Source: Amoebophrya sp. A120 (taxonomy: Eukaryota; Protista; Dinoflagellata). Taken from it: a stretch of DNA of 64,000 nt. Of this stretch, positions 11,384 to 24,178 are shown one piece after another. The position numbers and the translations under genes were made by a program. Each line of letters begins with the position of its first letter. Within the stretch, counting starts at the first letter, position 1. The stretch covers positions 10,148,146 through 10,212,145 of the forward strand of contig CAJINV010000002.1 of assembly GCA_905178155.1 (NCBI GenBank). The letters are read 5' to 3'. The notes below the pieces were generated by a model. It made no database searches, had not been told where the DNA came from, and was given only the letters and a program-made list of their open reading frames with translations.

Positions 11384-13496
11384 ATGTACCGATTTTGGAC
11401 GAGTTTATCACGAGCCAAGCAACCAGGTGTGGCAGAGGTAGAGGAAGGCGCAACTGCTACGAGCAGCAATGTAGACCTCCACGACCAAGAGGCCGCTACC
11501 GGTTTTACGGAGCTGCAGGAGGTTTATGACGAAGTGCCATCCGCACCAGACGAGCAGGACTCAGAGTCAACATCTTCATCAGAAGATGAGGAGCACTTCA
11601 CCAGTGTGGACGACGGCGAGCAGAGTATAATATCTTCCGCCCACAGCAATCCCTTCGTGGACATACCATCGGCGATACCTCCTGCTTCGCCTGGAAAAAA
11701 TGAAAAACGAGCAGATGGTAGTGGTACAGCGGCACGAGGTGGAGGACATCAACAAGCGAAGACATCTTCGTCTTCGTCTTCGAGTTCGTACTTTTTTTTT
11801 GGCGGGTCCCAACCGGTCATAAAGGAAGAGGCGGAGTCTGTGATAGAAGCGACGCCGGTCGATGAAAATAAAGCTTTTTCGAAAAGTCCAGACGCAGCAG
11901 TTTTGGCAGACCATGGCATGAAGCTGATACCTGTTCTCGACAATGACTTTTCAACATCCTCATCGTCGAGTCACTTGAGAAGAGGCCAGCCGCCCGGGCC
12001 ACCAGCACCTGCTAATTTCGAGCTGCGCCGCACGACCTCAAGCTCGAGCAGGAGAAGCCACGGGGACGGAAATAATCTGGTGGATGACGTCGACACTGGC
12101 GACGTCGTCCCTCCAGTAGAGCGGCGGAAGTCGAGCGCGTCGAAATTGCACGAGCTCCTTTCGCCTGTGTTGCCAAAAACGTCGTTGCTTTCGAGGGCGA
12201 GCAGCAGCAGCACGCGGAATGCCACCACTAGTACTAGAAACGGGTGCTCAGGGCGGAAACAGAAGGCAGAACATCAAAGCGCAACATCGCCGCAAAAGTT
12301 CTCTCCACGAATCGCAGGAGCTACAAGTGGTAGTGCGTCCTCATCCAGCACCAGCAGGCCCTCCGCCGCTAGGAATACTGAGGGGTTTCGCGACCACGGT
12401 AAAATCGACGAGAAAATAAGCTGCAACCAGCCACAAGACTTCGCCGATGACACCACTTCGGCGGGATCGACAGCGACATTGTCGAAGAAAACCGTCTCGA
12501 AGGACTCCTCTGCTAGTCACAACAGCAATGCGACAACAAGCTCCTCCGAGGGGGATCTTGGGCCGGGAAAACTTCTGTCTTGCTCCTCGTGGAAGGAAGT
12601 CAGTCGGGGGGTGAAAATAGCCTGCGCCGTCGCAGTTTCAGGCGATCTAGGTACTGGTGCTGTTTGGCCGCGTTTTGAGATTCTGTGAAACAGCAAACTG
12701 AAAGCATACCCTTCTTGCAGACGGCGCGAGCGCAGCTAGATCCACTCTTTACGCGGAGGAGGAACAACGTCCAATCAACTTTGATGACGATGATGATGAT
12801 ATGTTTGATCATGCTTCAAGCACAGCGCGATGAATTTGATAACAGGCGCCACCGTCCAGGAGTACGGCGTTCAAGTCTCCCTGATTGCGATTATCACCCT
12901 GTCCGCGGTGGTGTCCGTGCAGATCCTGCGCAACCTCGCAACGTTTTGGAAAATCTACCAGGAGCCGGGGTTTCAGGCTATCGTGTTTTGCCTGTATTTG
13001 GGTGTCTACCTGATGACCAGTTTCTGCGTGCAGACCTACTTCTTTCTGCTGTACGAGGTGTTCCACGGCATCTACCTGATTCTGACCACATTTGCGGCGG
13101 AGTCGGGGGAGCTGGCGCTCAGCTTCTTTCCGGTGAGCTACGTGCTGGTCGTGCTCGCGTGGCTGCTCATCGTGCCGGGACTGCTGCCAGGTATACTTGA
13201 ATTGGATGAGATGAAGCAAGAGGACGACACAGGTTTGTACTTGTAGTCATGTGTCAGCTGCATGTCGTTCATGCGCATGCCTCTTTGGCTCCTTCGAATG
13301 TGAGGAAATCCAAACCCACTCACCCGACTCGTCAGGTACTCTCGTTGTGGTTCTGATCCTGGCGTTTGTCGTTGCCATGTGGGCCATGTGGGTCTTCCAA
13401 GCCGCATGCACGTCGGTGATGAAGCTGGAGCGCAAGTACGAGGCCTTCCAGAAGCGCCGGAATCGAGCTGCGGCCGCGAATGCAGCGAAGTCATGA
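11384..13496 (+). CDS. Hypothetical multi-exon membrane protein (disordered N-terminus, polytopic C-terminus); junctions unresolved
   Basis: ORFs 11384-12688, 12830-13246 (several hydrophobic helices) and 13251-13496 in series with intron-like spacers. Confidence 0.6.
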
Positions 13497-14227
13497 CGAG
13501 TCGCTTTGTAGCCCTACTTGTACTTTCTACTTCTGGTCACAGCGACCTGCGGGACGAGATAGAAATGCTGAGCAGACTCACTGCATGTTGCGTCGATTCG
13601 CGCTCCTTGAGCTGCTTTGGCTGTGCTGAAGAAACATGTACATGGATATTTTCCGGCCCTCGGGCGTTTTCGCTTCGTACTGCGAAAAGATTTTTGCTGA
13701 GTGGCGTTTACAAATGTTACAACGTATATCATGGATGTGTGAGGACCTAGGATGAAACATTTGCTTCTGGATGTAGGAGTCCTGCCTCTGATCCTCGATC
13801 ATACCCCTGTCCGTACTAATGAACATCAGACCGGAAGAACCGCCGTAGCATATCGCATGGATGACAATCATGCTGAAGATGGAAACGAAAGTTTGCTTAG
13901 TGTCGCGTACTTGTGTTCTTTCTTCACATGGCAAATATAGAGAAAGCCGCGTAAAAAGTGGATTCTGCTTCTCACGGTCAAAGCGCAATGCAAAGGCTCT
14001 ACGTACAAGTATACACTCTTGGCACAGGCTGACTAGGCGTCATTTCCAACTACGATGGAAGACTACGAGTTTTTCGATCCGATTATGAATTCGGAAAAAA
14101 CCAAGATTGACGGCTACTTACTTAGTTTGATTTGTTGAAGACCGAAGTTCAGAATTAGAGACACATTTTCCGAACAAAAACTGAACTACATCCACTCTGA
14201 AACTTGAAATCGACACTTGAGCTCTCA

Positions 14228-16042
14228 ATGGCCATGTCGCACCTGAAAAGCATGAGCGTGCAGAAGGTGGGCTTGCGGATTCGTAATATGGGCGGAAAGG
14301 AGCATGTGCTCGCAGTCGATCCTGAAAAAGTAAAGACGGTCGCGGACCTGTACAGCCCGGAGTTGCTGGAGTTGTTTTACGACGTTGAAAAGGATTTGCT
14401 TCCGCCCGCGTCGCTCTTTAAGTGGCTTCTGGTGAGCGACGATGAGGATGACGCGAAAGGGGAAAAGGGCGCAGTGGAGAGCGACGAAGAGGCCGCCAGC
14501 ACTCATGGCGAAGAATTGTTGCAGGCCGACGTGAACGACCGAGAGAGCCAGCACGAGAAAAATACCGAAGGCAAAGACTCCGAAAACAGCAAAAAGGGCG
14601 ACCATCCAGGCGAGTTTTTGCCCGCAGATGCTCCGCTCGAGCTTCAGAATGCGAAAATTTCCTACCAGTTTGCAGTAGTCCAGAGACAATTTGGAGACCT
14701 GGAGCAATTACCGGGGGAAGGGCGTGCTGAGTACAGGCGCCGCGTCTCGCGAATTTTATCGATGTCGCTGAACTCTCCCGAGCGAGCACAGGAGTTCTTC
14801 TATCAACAGTGCTACCTTTCCGTGCCGGAGGATTCTCGCGCAAACATTTTCGGAGATACTGCAGCGCCGTTCAAAATGTTTCCCCCTGACACTCCGTTGA
14901 CCAAAAGAGTAATTGAGAGAGCGACTCTTCTCGAATGTGCTGCGCAGGCACTTTCAGCCGCGGACTGGTTAAAGCACGAAGCGCGCAGCTCTGGGCAGGC
15001 GTTTGCCGTCTCGTTCCGAGAGAGGTTTCCTTGGAGCGTCGTTCAGTTTGTTTACCAATGGAGTGGCGCCAAGCAGAAGCAATTGCAGCTTCTCGAACAG
15101 GCCCTGCGCATCTACCCGGTCACAAGCGAGGACGTCTCAAAACTGATTTCGCAAGCCATAAGCATCTGGAGGAAGGACGAGAGCGAAAGGATTGCGGACC
15201 ACGACGGGGAAACAGTATTGAGTCTCTTCCAAGTCGGCTGTCTGAAAATGTTTATGGAACATCTGGCCAGCCGTGACTCCAAATCCAAAGCTGAAATCTT
15301 GGAGCTTGCGCGACCTTTAGCGGAGGCCTTTCTCTTTCGCGACTTCGAGCGGTTTTGGCGGAAGGCAATGCAACTCGAAGCCGAAGTGACGGTAGACGAC
15401 CTCATCGATTCTGGTTGGGAGTACCCGGAAAACAACGGCTTTTATCCGGACCTGACTGAAGCACCCCTACAATACCTATATCGCACTCGGAAGCGGCTTG
15501 ACAGGTCTTTCAACGGGTTCGCTAGAGAAATCCGGGACGGTCTGAAGAGCGGTGTGGCGTTTTGGCGAATGATGCGAAAATTCATCAAGGAATGGGAAAG
15601 TCCCATGGGTGAAATACAGCCCTCGAAGATGCTCAAGAAATTTCAGGATGCTGCACGGTGCGAAACCAGAGCATCACTGTTTCAACATCTAGGGCTTGAT
15701 GACAGTTTCTATAACGAGATAAGCAGCAAGGTAAACCGCAAAGTCTTCAAGCAAAAATTTTCTGAAGCTTTCAATTGTGAAGCTGCTTGGGTGCCGGACC
15801 GTACAGATTTCACCAATCTATTTACCGACAAAACAAGCGATGAAGAGGATGCAAGCGATGAAGAGGATGCAAGCGATGAAGAGGATGCAAGCGATGAAGA
15901 GGATGCAAGCGATGAAGAGGATGCAAGCGATGAAGAGGAGGCAGGCGATGAGAAAGAGGTGGGCAGCGCTGGTGGAGAGCAGGAAAGCGAAAGCGACGCT
16001 GGTGACGTGTATGCGAATGTCCCAGTCGTTGATGAGGCCTGA
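14228..16042 (+). CDS. Hypothetical protein, possible ubiquitin-like N-terminus, acidic repeat tail
   Basis: ~600-aa ORF; LRIRNMGGKEHVLAVDPEKVKTVADL resembles the start of a ubiquitin-like fold (weak). Confidence 0.7.
   Translation: MAMSHLKSMSVQKVGLRIRNMGGKEHVLAVDPEKVKTVADLYSPELLELFYDVEKDLLPPASLFKWLLVSDDEDDAKGEKGAVESDEEAASTHGEELLQADVNDRESQHEKNTEGKDSENSKKGDHPGEFLPADAPLELQNAKISYQFAVVQRQFGDLEQLPGEGRAEYRRRVSRILSMSLNSPERAQEFFYQQCYLSVPEDSRANIFGDTAAPFKMFPPDTPLTKRVIERATLLECAAQALSAADWLKHEARSSGQAFAVSFRERFPWSVVQFVYQWSGAKQKQLQLLEQALRIYPVTSEDVSKLISQAISIWRKDESERIADHDGETVLSLFQVGCLKMFMEHLASRDSKSKAEILELARPLAEAFLFRDFERFWRKAMQLEAEVTVDDLIDSGWEYPENNGFYPDLTEAPLQYLYRTRKRLDRSFNGFAREIRDGLKSGVAFWRMMRKFIKEWESPMGEIQPSKMLKKFQDAARCETRASLFQHLGLDDSFYNEISSKVNRKVFKQKFSEAFNCEAAWVPDRTDFTNLFTDKTSDEEDASDEEDASDEEDASDEEDASDEEDASDEEEAGDEKEVGSAGGEQESESDAGDVYANVPVVDEA
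15834..15951 (+). repeat. 18-bp coding tandem repeat (GCAAGCGATGAAGAGGAT), ~6.5 copies, encoding ASDEED
   Basis: Directly visible; last units degenerate. Confidence 0.95.
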
Positions 16043-16926
16043 GCGCAACCGCACCTTTACGCTTCTTGGAAAGCCGCGCAACGTCGCGCCACCCTCAGGC
16101 GCAGTTGAAGCGGAGAACAAGTCTTACGATGGGTTGGTGTCTTGCTGCAGGCGACGCTAGCAAGTGTGTCTGTGGGACTGGCAGACGAAATTCGCTAATT
16201 GCGAAAGGCTCGCTATTTCTATTGCGGATGTTGCGACTCATCGTCAAAGAATGGAAAGTATTTGCAATTTCACTGCAGCTTTTATATCCATCCTTTAAGA
16301 CCCATTGATAAAGATGAAACTACACTCGATTTTTAGAGCATTCTATTCTCATTTGCGCGAAACTGACAAGATACTGCTTTTGCTGCTTGTGTCGCATCTG
16401 TGCTCTGCGTCTGCAGCAACCACCGGTTTGGATCTTTCATTCCGATTACGGTTTCGCGTTCCTTGATGACGAAGCTCGACCGCACTTTTTTACCCTTTGT
16501 TTGACATTCGTCTCACTTTACCCTTTGTTTTCTGCCATTTTTTTCAGAGCGATGGCGGGATTAGGTACTGATTAAGTTTTTGCAACGAAGCTGCAGAATT
16601 GCCCCAGTTTCTTACCCAGTGCGAGAGTGACGACAGTTTTTGCAGATGATGGAACGAGAACTAAGCGAAACGTCTTCTCCGTTGTGTCTGAATGTCGTGT
16701 CTGCGTTTCTGTTGCGGAGGGTTTCTTTTCGCATTGATTCGTGACGCAATGGGAGGTGTCCACTCATATTTCCGTGCATTGTGCTGTGAAACGAATCTAG
16801 CAATCTGCAGATAGATTCATTTATCGTCCGAATGCAAAAATTCAGGATAAGATAAATCCACCTTCTTTCCTGTCTGTGTTAATATGGTGATATCATAGAA
16901 GCACCGGGCGTCATCAGCAAGAAAGG

Positions 16927-19900
16927 ATGCCGCGGCAGCTGCTCGCCGCGAGCGAGCTGACATCGGAGCTGGCTGGGCAGAACGAAGATGGTTTTTCTCC
17001 CGTGTCGCCGACCCAAAATGGCAATAACCTGCTTCTCGGGGTTGACAACACGCTTCTGGCAGGTCGTGGTCTGCAGGGTTCGCGAGCGAACAGCAAACAG
17101 TCGCAGCGTCCTTCGGTAGGGGAAGACCAGCTGAAGGCGAAAATCGACATATTGGCGGCCAAAAACGCGGAGTCCCACCAGTTCGCGCCGGAGGTCACAC
17201 ACGAGTACGACGGGCACACGGCCAGGAGGGACAATGTTTTTTTCGGAAAGTCGGAATCCGCGTTCTTGATGCGGCGGGTGACTATCAAACACAGAAAAGC
17301 CACCAGCCTGTTTATGTATGGCGTGTCTAGTCTAGTACTGTCATGCAAAGAAAGCTTTTAGATGGAACAAGTTGAAATAAAGCGACAACGAGACCCGGCA
17401 CTTGGTAAGTAGTGAAACAACTACTAGCGTGCGCGGTTCATTCGAAGACCCTAGGACCACAGGCAACTCATTCATGCCGCCGACTGTACGAGCATACCGT
17501 AGAATTTCTGTTTGATAGCATTGAAGCATTTGTTTAAGCTGATTCTCTACATTTTCTTCATCGTGCTAATCTACTGCCTGATCCGCAATCCGGTCTCTAG
17601 TCCCAATTGTGACCAAATACCAAGAATCTACGTACATCTGGTATGGCCCGTTGAGATGTTGCAAGCTCTAGGGTTACTGACGTTTGTGATGCGAGGGTTA
17701 TTCGAGAAGCAAGGTATGAGATCGCTTTACATGTGGAATCAATTGGTCATGCGCTGTGGGTACGAAAGATCGTTCAGTACTCTTCACATTTTACAAACTG
17801 CCTCAGAAAGAATTGTGCACATCGATCTAGCACCTTGTAACACCTGCGCGGACCATAAATGGTGATCGATTATTTGCTGAAGGGTTTTGCGGTGGTCAAC
17901 TCGTTCGTCGTCAGCATATACACGATCAATCGCCCGCAAGTGCGGTTAAACAGCATGAAAAACATCGCGATTTTTATTGGCAGCTTCATGATCCCCTTCG
18001 GAGCCATGTCCAGCGTCGGAGTGCTATCAAAAGGAAAAGCGTCCCCGTGGTCCTCGCGCCAGAATGTAGACGATAAGTATTCCTCCGCAAGGCCGCCGTT
18101 GTATACGTTATGTAGTCTTGCATGAAGAAGGACAAAAGCACGTCGATGTGTGTCAGAACCTCACTATGCGATGTGGTAAATTTCTCAAGTTTGCATCGAT
18201 TCACAAAGCCAAGCCTTTTTTTTCTGCTGCCGGGAGGACATCATCAGAGCTTTCCGTTTCCATAGGCGATGCTGACCGGGAAACCGGACGCCGATGCCGC
18301 TTTCGGTCTGCCCTTCGTCTTTTTCATGTTCGGGTTCGGCGCTTATCTGCTCCACAGGGAAGGTAAAAGAGTCAAATGCCCCCGCGGCGTGGATCCACCA
18401 CTCTTCCGGAGACACAACAAAATACAGGCGCTGCTGTTTATCAAGGTAAAGACAGACAGCAATTGTTGCGGACACGACTTCAGATTTTCTAAACTTTGTA
18501 AGTACATTAGCACCGATTTTATTGATGATGAAATGAACAAAAACGTCACCGCAAAAAAAGTATAAAATGATGAACAACACGACAGATTGGGATAACGGCG
18601 TTTGCAGGGTACATGGCATGCATGATCTTTGCGGACAGATACGAGACGTGGACCAACGCCGTGAAGGATTCCTACAGGGAGGGGTTTGTCCTCATGTTCG
18701 CGGAGTGCCTTTTGGCGCTTCTGTTTTTCAGCATCATCATCCCCATCTACCAGCGGTCTTTGGCAAAAACCCTCACCCACTACTGGCACCTATACGAAGT
18801 GGACGGGAGGAGAAATCTGGCGCAGTAGAATTTTTGCTGCCTTTCTTCTATCTACCAAAAAAGAAAAAACTATTCAACATCAGACCAGATGACGATATTC
18901 GTATTGCATAATGGCAAAATATTGTTTAAGCCCAGACTTTGCAAGAACATGCAAAAATCCTCTCAGGTACGACCGCATTATGATCCAGTGGAACTTTTTT
19001 TTCGACGTGCTGAAGTTCTCATACGGACGCATGGTCCTGTTTAACGTGTCCAGCTACCTGGTGTTCTTCGGGATTATGTGGAAGGACATTTGCTACGCGC
19101 TGTGGCACTTCATGCTGAAGTTCGACCGGTGGGTGATCGCGCTGATTGTGAAGATTTTCAACAAAAACGGCGGGAATTCCTTCGCGGACGCGAACCTGTC
19201 GCCCACCTACAAGTACATGATCAAGACCATCGAGAGCACCGTGTACCTGATGGGCGTGCCGCGCATGCTGGTGCGGCAGTGGGAGCCGCTGTGCGACTTC
19301 ACGCATTTGGAGGTGGATCAGTCCATGCTGGACGACGAGGAGGACATGCTGCAGGTGTCCAATTTCATGCAAGGCAAGCAAAGCCCCCTGGAAATCGGCA
19401 AGCGTACGAGCATGGCGGAGGCCCTCGGGGCCTCGATGGGCGGGAAGCTGGTGAAGGCCCCGGACCCGACCGGGTTGGGACTAAGGCTCACGTTCGCGAA
19501 TGTCTCGGTCTGCATCCACAACCTGCCGGCGGAACTGAAGCAGGACATGCAGGATTTCAAGGTCGACAAAATGGACGAGGTATACGACGAGCGGGGGGAC
19601 GACAAATTCGGCGTGTACTCCGATCGGGATCAGGAAAGGAAGGAGAAGGCGGGCTCTTTGTTCGGGCGGGGGGCCAGCAGCGGCAGCGGAAACAACAAGA
19701 AAAAGAACAAACCCATGCCCGGGACCGGGACCATCCTCGAGCCAATTTACGAGGAGCCGGTCGCGCCGAGCGAGATGGTGCGCCTACAGTACGTGATCTC
19801 TTTCGTGCAAACCCAGGTCTTCATGCGCTTCCAAGTGCGAGCTGCGGCCAAACTTTTGACAAGGTATCTATTCGCTTCTTGTTGTGCAGTTTTGTTCCCC

Positions 19901-21350
19901 CGCATGGGCTGCTAAGATGCTGAACCCTAACATCCTGTCCATCTCATGGAGCAATATTGAGGCAAAAATAGCAGCATCTATAACGCGCAACAAGAACAAT
20001 CAAGTACCGTTTGTGAATAAAAATTCACAGCCTGGTGTTTGTCTTCATCCCGCTGATTTGCGAGGTCCTCGGGAATACGAAAAATAGTCCGAATTTTGTG
20101 TCGCTGTTCGAGACAGACGAGCCGGGCTACATCGGCAAGAAATCCGAGAAGTACGTGGTTGCCGGCATTTCGTTTCTCTTCGTGGACATTGTGGAATATC
20201 CCACAGAAAAAGACCGACAGGTCATATTTGTAATGCAGAAATAAATACACAGGAAAATCTGTCATGGGCGAAGCCATAACATCCTGTTTAGGGCATGCAA
20301 TACAGATTTTTTTGTCTATTTATTTTTGCATTACAAATATGACCTGTCGGTCTTTTTCTGGGGGATATGGAATGGATCGCAATCACGTACTTCGCCGCGC
20401 GGAGCTGTCAAGGCGGAATCGTCCAGAAATTGCGCTACTTCTACTATTTGCTGGTGAAGGATCCGAAACTATGCAAATGAAAACTACACTCGTTGTTTTC
20501 CTTTTCTCCCTCTGGCTGATTTGCTTTCGGGTGGGTTTTGAACGGCGATTGTCATTTCAGAGGTTGCCTTTCTGCGCTGCGTGTGGCATCATGATATCAA
20601 GGTGCAAAATGTGAGTAGTACCAATCTCAAGTTGTCTTGCACTCGCAGCTACAAAGCTCCGGATTTGTTGCGTTTTGTTGAAGTGTCCCACTATACCAGC
20701 AGGGGAAGAAGGAAATTGTTTGGTTCCATAGGAGACGAGCTATGCGATCATTTCCTACGGCCTGTTCATAGGGCTGTTTGCCGTGCAGTTTAAGTTCAAG
20801 CCGTTCCAGGGCGTGCAGAAGTTGAACTACCCCCACGGCACGGTGCAGGCGGGACAGGACCCGGAGGTGTGGCGCCGGAATTTCGACGGCCAGCTGCGTC
20901 CCTTCGGGTCCGTGGGGGTTTCCGCGGCCGCGGCGGCGGCGTCGAATGGGGCGTACGAGTACGTGCTCCCCATCGGGGACGGGCACAGCCCGGACACCAG
21001 CGTCGGCTGTATGGCTTGCTCAGCTGTTACAATCTCAACTCAAACGTTATAATAGAATCTGGAATTTTTCTTGCATGAACAGCATGAGTACCATACAGAG
21101 ACTTGGGCTTTTCGCAATACAAATTTCGCCAGATTCTGATGGGGTTTGGAGCTCCGAAACTTGTCATGCGCGCTCCAGTGGGAGTAGGCCAGATGTTGCG
21201 GATTTTGCAACACAAATTCCAAATTCTATTGTAACGTTTGAGATTGTAACACCTGAGCGGGTTATAGGCTGGAAACAGATGTTCTACTACTGTTTCGACA
21301 GCGGAAGTTTGGAACCCTGGGAAGACGTGCTAAAGACCCCGATTGTGTGA
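16927..21350 (+). CDS. Large multi-exon polytopic membrane protein, function unknown (possibly more than one gene)
   Basis: Series of GC3-rich hydrophobic exons (e.g. ~18968-19825); two TIR elements whose removal gives DIVEWIAITYF and TSVGWKQMFYYCFD...KTPIV*. Confidence 0.6.
20197..20367. mobile_element. Introner-like TIR element, family H, 171 bp, mostly hairpin
   Basis: TATCCCACAGAAAAAGACCGACAGGTCATATTTGTAATGCA ... TGCATTACAAATATGACCTGTCGGTCTTTTTCTGGGGGATA; direct repeat TGGAA at 20192-20196 and 20368-20372. Confidence 0.93.
21010..21266. mobile_element. Introner-like TIR element, family I, 257 bp
   Basis: TATGGCTTGCTCAGCTGTTACAATCTCAA ... TTGAGATTGTAACACCTGAGCGGGTTATA; direct repeat GGCTG at 21005-21009 and 21267-21271; frame restored. 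Confidence 0.92.
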
Positions 21351-22920
21351 GGTGAAGGAGGGCCATCTCCGATGCTTATTTCTTCAACGAGGTTTGCTAT
21401 CAATATAATTAATGGGGGATGACTGAAAGTGTTTGTTTGTTTGTTTGTTCATATTGGATACACGGAATCCGGGTGAAGGTTTTCTTCTCTCGTGTGATTC
21501 TAGCGCTATTTCAATAAAAATACCAGTTAGATAGAGCATCTTTGAGCTCTTTCTTGAGAAAAACAGAACTGCTTTTACTCTAACCTTCTCGTTTTTTCTA
21601 AAAGATGAAATCGGAGGCGAAAGTCTAAAAATTGAGAACTTGCCTGTTTGTAAAAGTTTAGTGGTAAGCGTCGCTGAGTGAAAGAAAAATGAAAGAGTGA
21701 CAAAGAGCTTGAGCTGGTTTATCAAAGGAAGAGAAAAATAAGCTGTCGCTGTGAAAAGCTGGCTTTGTGAAGAGAAAGCTTCCAGTTAAAGTCATCGAAA
21801 GATCTTGTTGCACTTAGTCGAAAAGTGTAAAAAGGAAGGTTGTGTTTTTTTTTCCATTTTTACTTTTTTGAACTTTTTCGTTGTTGTTCACCTCTTGGTC
21901 TTTTCTTACGCTGCAGTGCTGCGTGAGCCTGTCTTACGCTAGTTAAGAACGAATTCTTACGTGCTTGCTGTGGCTGAGTTTCAGTTTTTTTTTGTCGAGG
22001 AGCTTAGGAAGGAACGAACGGACTGAAAGTGAAATTCAATTTCAATACAGAACAAGTTCGTAGTGTAGGATGTTTTCCATCTAATTTATATGCCGTGATT
22101 GCCCGACGTGAAACAGCTGAAAGGAAGGAGCTATGAACTGCGACAGTTTTGAGGCAAATTCTTGTGCTGCAAAAGCACGACCTACAAATTATGCTTTGAA
22201 AACTACGAAACAGTCATCAATATCCATCGAAACCCAGATTTCTGGGCGATGAGACGAAAAGCTGAAAGGTAAAGGATACAAAGGAAAATATTCGAGAAGT
22301 AAGAGCTGCAGTGACCACGACAAGATTCATTCTATCACATGGAAGACGAGAATCAATTATGTGAGCGCTTGATTGCACCAGTAATCAGTAAGTTGTGTGT
22401 CATAATGATCAGTGACTTGAAGCAAGTTCCGGTAAAGGACAAGTTTCCACGCGTAAAGATGTGCATATGGCAAACAAAGTACAGGTAAGTAGTTTGTCGT
22501 GCGCTTTGTACGATTCACTATGAGATCAAATTCGGTGCAGGCCCCACTACAGTGAAGACGCCTCTTGTTCTTCTTTTTGTACCTCCCCGAGATCCTCCCA
22601 TTTTGCTGAAGCATAATGAAGAGCAGTTTATAATTCGGTGTTCTACCAAATCCAAACAGAATAGCTCTTTCTCTCGTTCGGTTCCCTCGAAGCACGTAGT
22701 CGCTTCTTAAAACGCTGAAACATAATCCTGATCAAATTGGTAGCTTTCTTTTGCTGAGCTGTACCACTCGAAAAATAACCGAGGAAACCTGAAGGTCAAG
22801 CTCACTCAACCCAGTTGGTTTCGCAACGCGTTTTCTTTCGGAATATTTCTCGATCTGGTTTTTCTTGGAGCACCTCTTGATCTGATTTCGGATCACGTTC
22901 TAGAAAGCGGGCAAAAGATC

Positions 22921-23610
22921 ATGTCCAACATTACTGGTTCCGCGAGTTGGACCCCGGCTAGCTCGAGCTCGTTATGAAAGTGCACACTTCTCCGCCTCCC
23001 CGTGATTTGTGTTGCATGAACAGCAATACAAGCGTCAGCAAGAATACAGGTTTTGCATCACAAATTTGGACAGGCGTGTAGTGCTATTTGGGCTGCCAGA
23101 ACTTGTCATGCAAACAGTGCCAAGAGCCCAGGCCAGGCGTAAATTAGGCATTTTGCGCGACAAATGAGGGGGAGGGGGAGTTGTGCACTCTCATACCCGT
23201 CTCCTCCAGCGTACAAACCTGTGCACCAAAAAATGGATACAGCGACGGAGAGCAGCGAAATGATGAGAAACGCGAACAATCTTGAGCCAGTGCCAGCTGC
23301 TAGTGAACGAATTGACCGCGGTACTGGGACTGGAAGGCATGATCCTGGTCGTGTGACGGCTCAAAATACTACATCAACCACAGGCAACTACAGATTCTAC
23401 CCACCCCGCAACACGCTCCGCGGGAAAATATGGGAGTTGCTGGAAATCCGCACACGACAGGAAGAGAGTATGCTTCTGCTCTCTTTCTTCGCCGCCTTTG
23501 TCGGGATAAGCGTTATGATTATCACGACGTATTTCCTGGACGACATGGGGCTCACCGCGGAAGAACACGACTCGCTGAGACAAGAATTGTTCCATTTACA
23601 CCATATCTGA
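22921..23610 (+). CDS. Hypothetical small single-pass membrane protein; exons 22921-22972 and 23201-23610 (3' end may splice further)
   Basis: ATG at 22921 joins in frame to ORF 23164-23610 after element removal (MSNITGSASWTPASSSSSPPAYKPV); TM segment MLLLSFFAAFVGISVMIITTYFL. Confidence 0.65.
22973..23195. mobile_element. Introner-like TIR element, family J, 223 bp
   Basis: TATGAAAGTGCACACTTCTCCGCCTCCCC ... GGGGGAGGGGGAGTTGTGCACTCTCATA; imperfect direct repeat CTCGT (22968-22972) / CCCGT (23196-23200). Confidence 0.85.
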
Positions 23611-24178
23611 TACATACGCAAATCAAAAAAACAATTAGACTGCAGCTGCATGATGCAACCAAAGCCGCTAAGCGACGCCATCTTCAATGCGTTCGGAAAA
23701 AAGCACGATATCGAAGTTCCTGCATCGATCTTAGAAGCAGCTGACAACAGAAAGCTCGATGTTCTGGTTGTTTCTTCCTTGTCGTCCGTGGAGACTGAGA
23801 GGCCTGATGTTTGCAAAGATTTCTCTGAGGCGATACGCCTTTGAAGGAGAGGTGGCCCCACGACGTATGCTTTCGTAGAGAATGAGAGCACGGAGATGAG
23901 CGCCTGTGCGACTGACGAGGTTGGGTTCGCAGAGGCAATGTGGTCACAGAGTCGAGGGAACAACCTCTCTTGCTGGCCTGTACTGAGATTTGACGTGCCG
24001 CGCTTGCAGTCTACAACAGATGTTACCATGGCAGACACTGAAATACAGAACACATCAAACTTGACTTCTCGCCTCGTGTGGTATATATAAATTACCAGTT
24101 TCAAAAATATGAATATCAGAATTGAGCGGGCAAATTGTAATTGCATAATTGACAGAGACAGAGAGCAAAAACTACATC

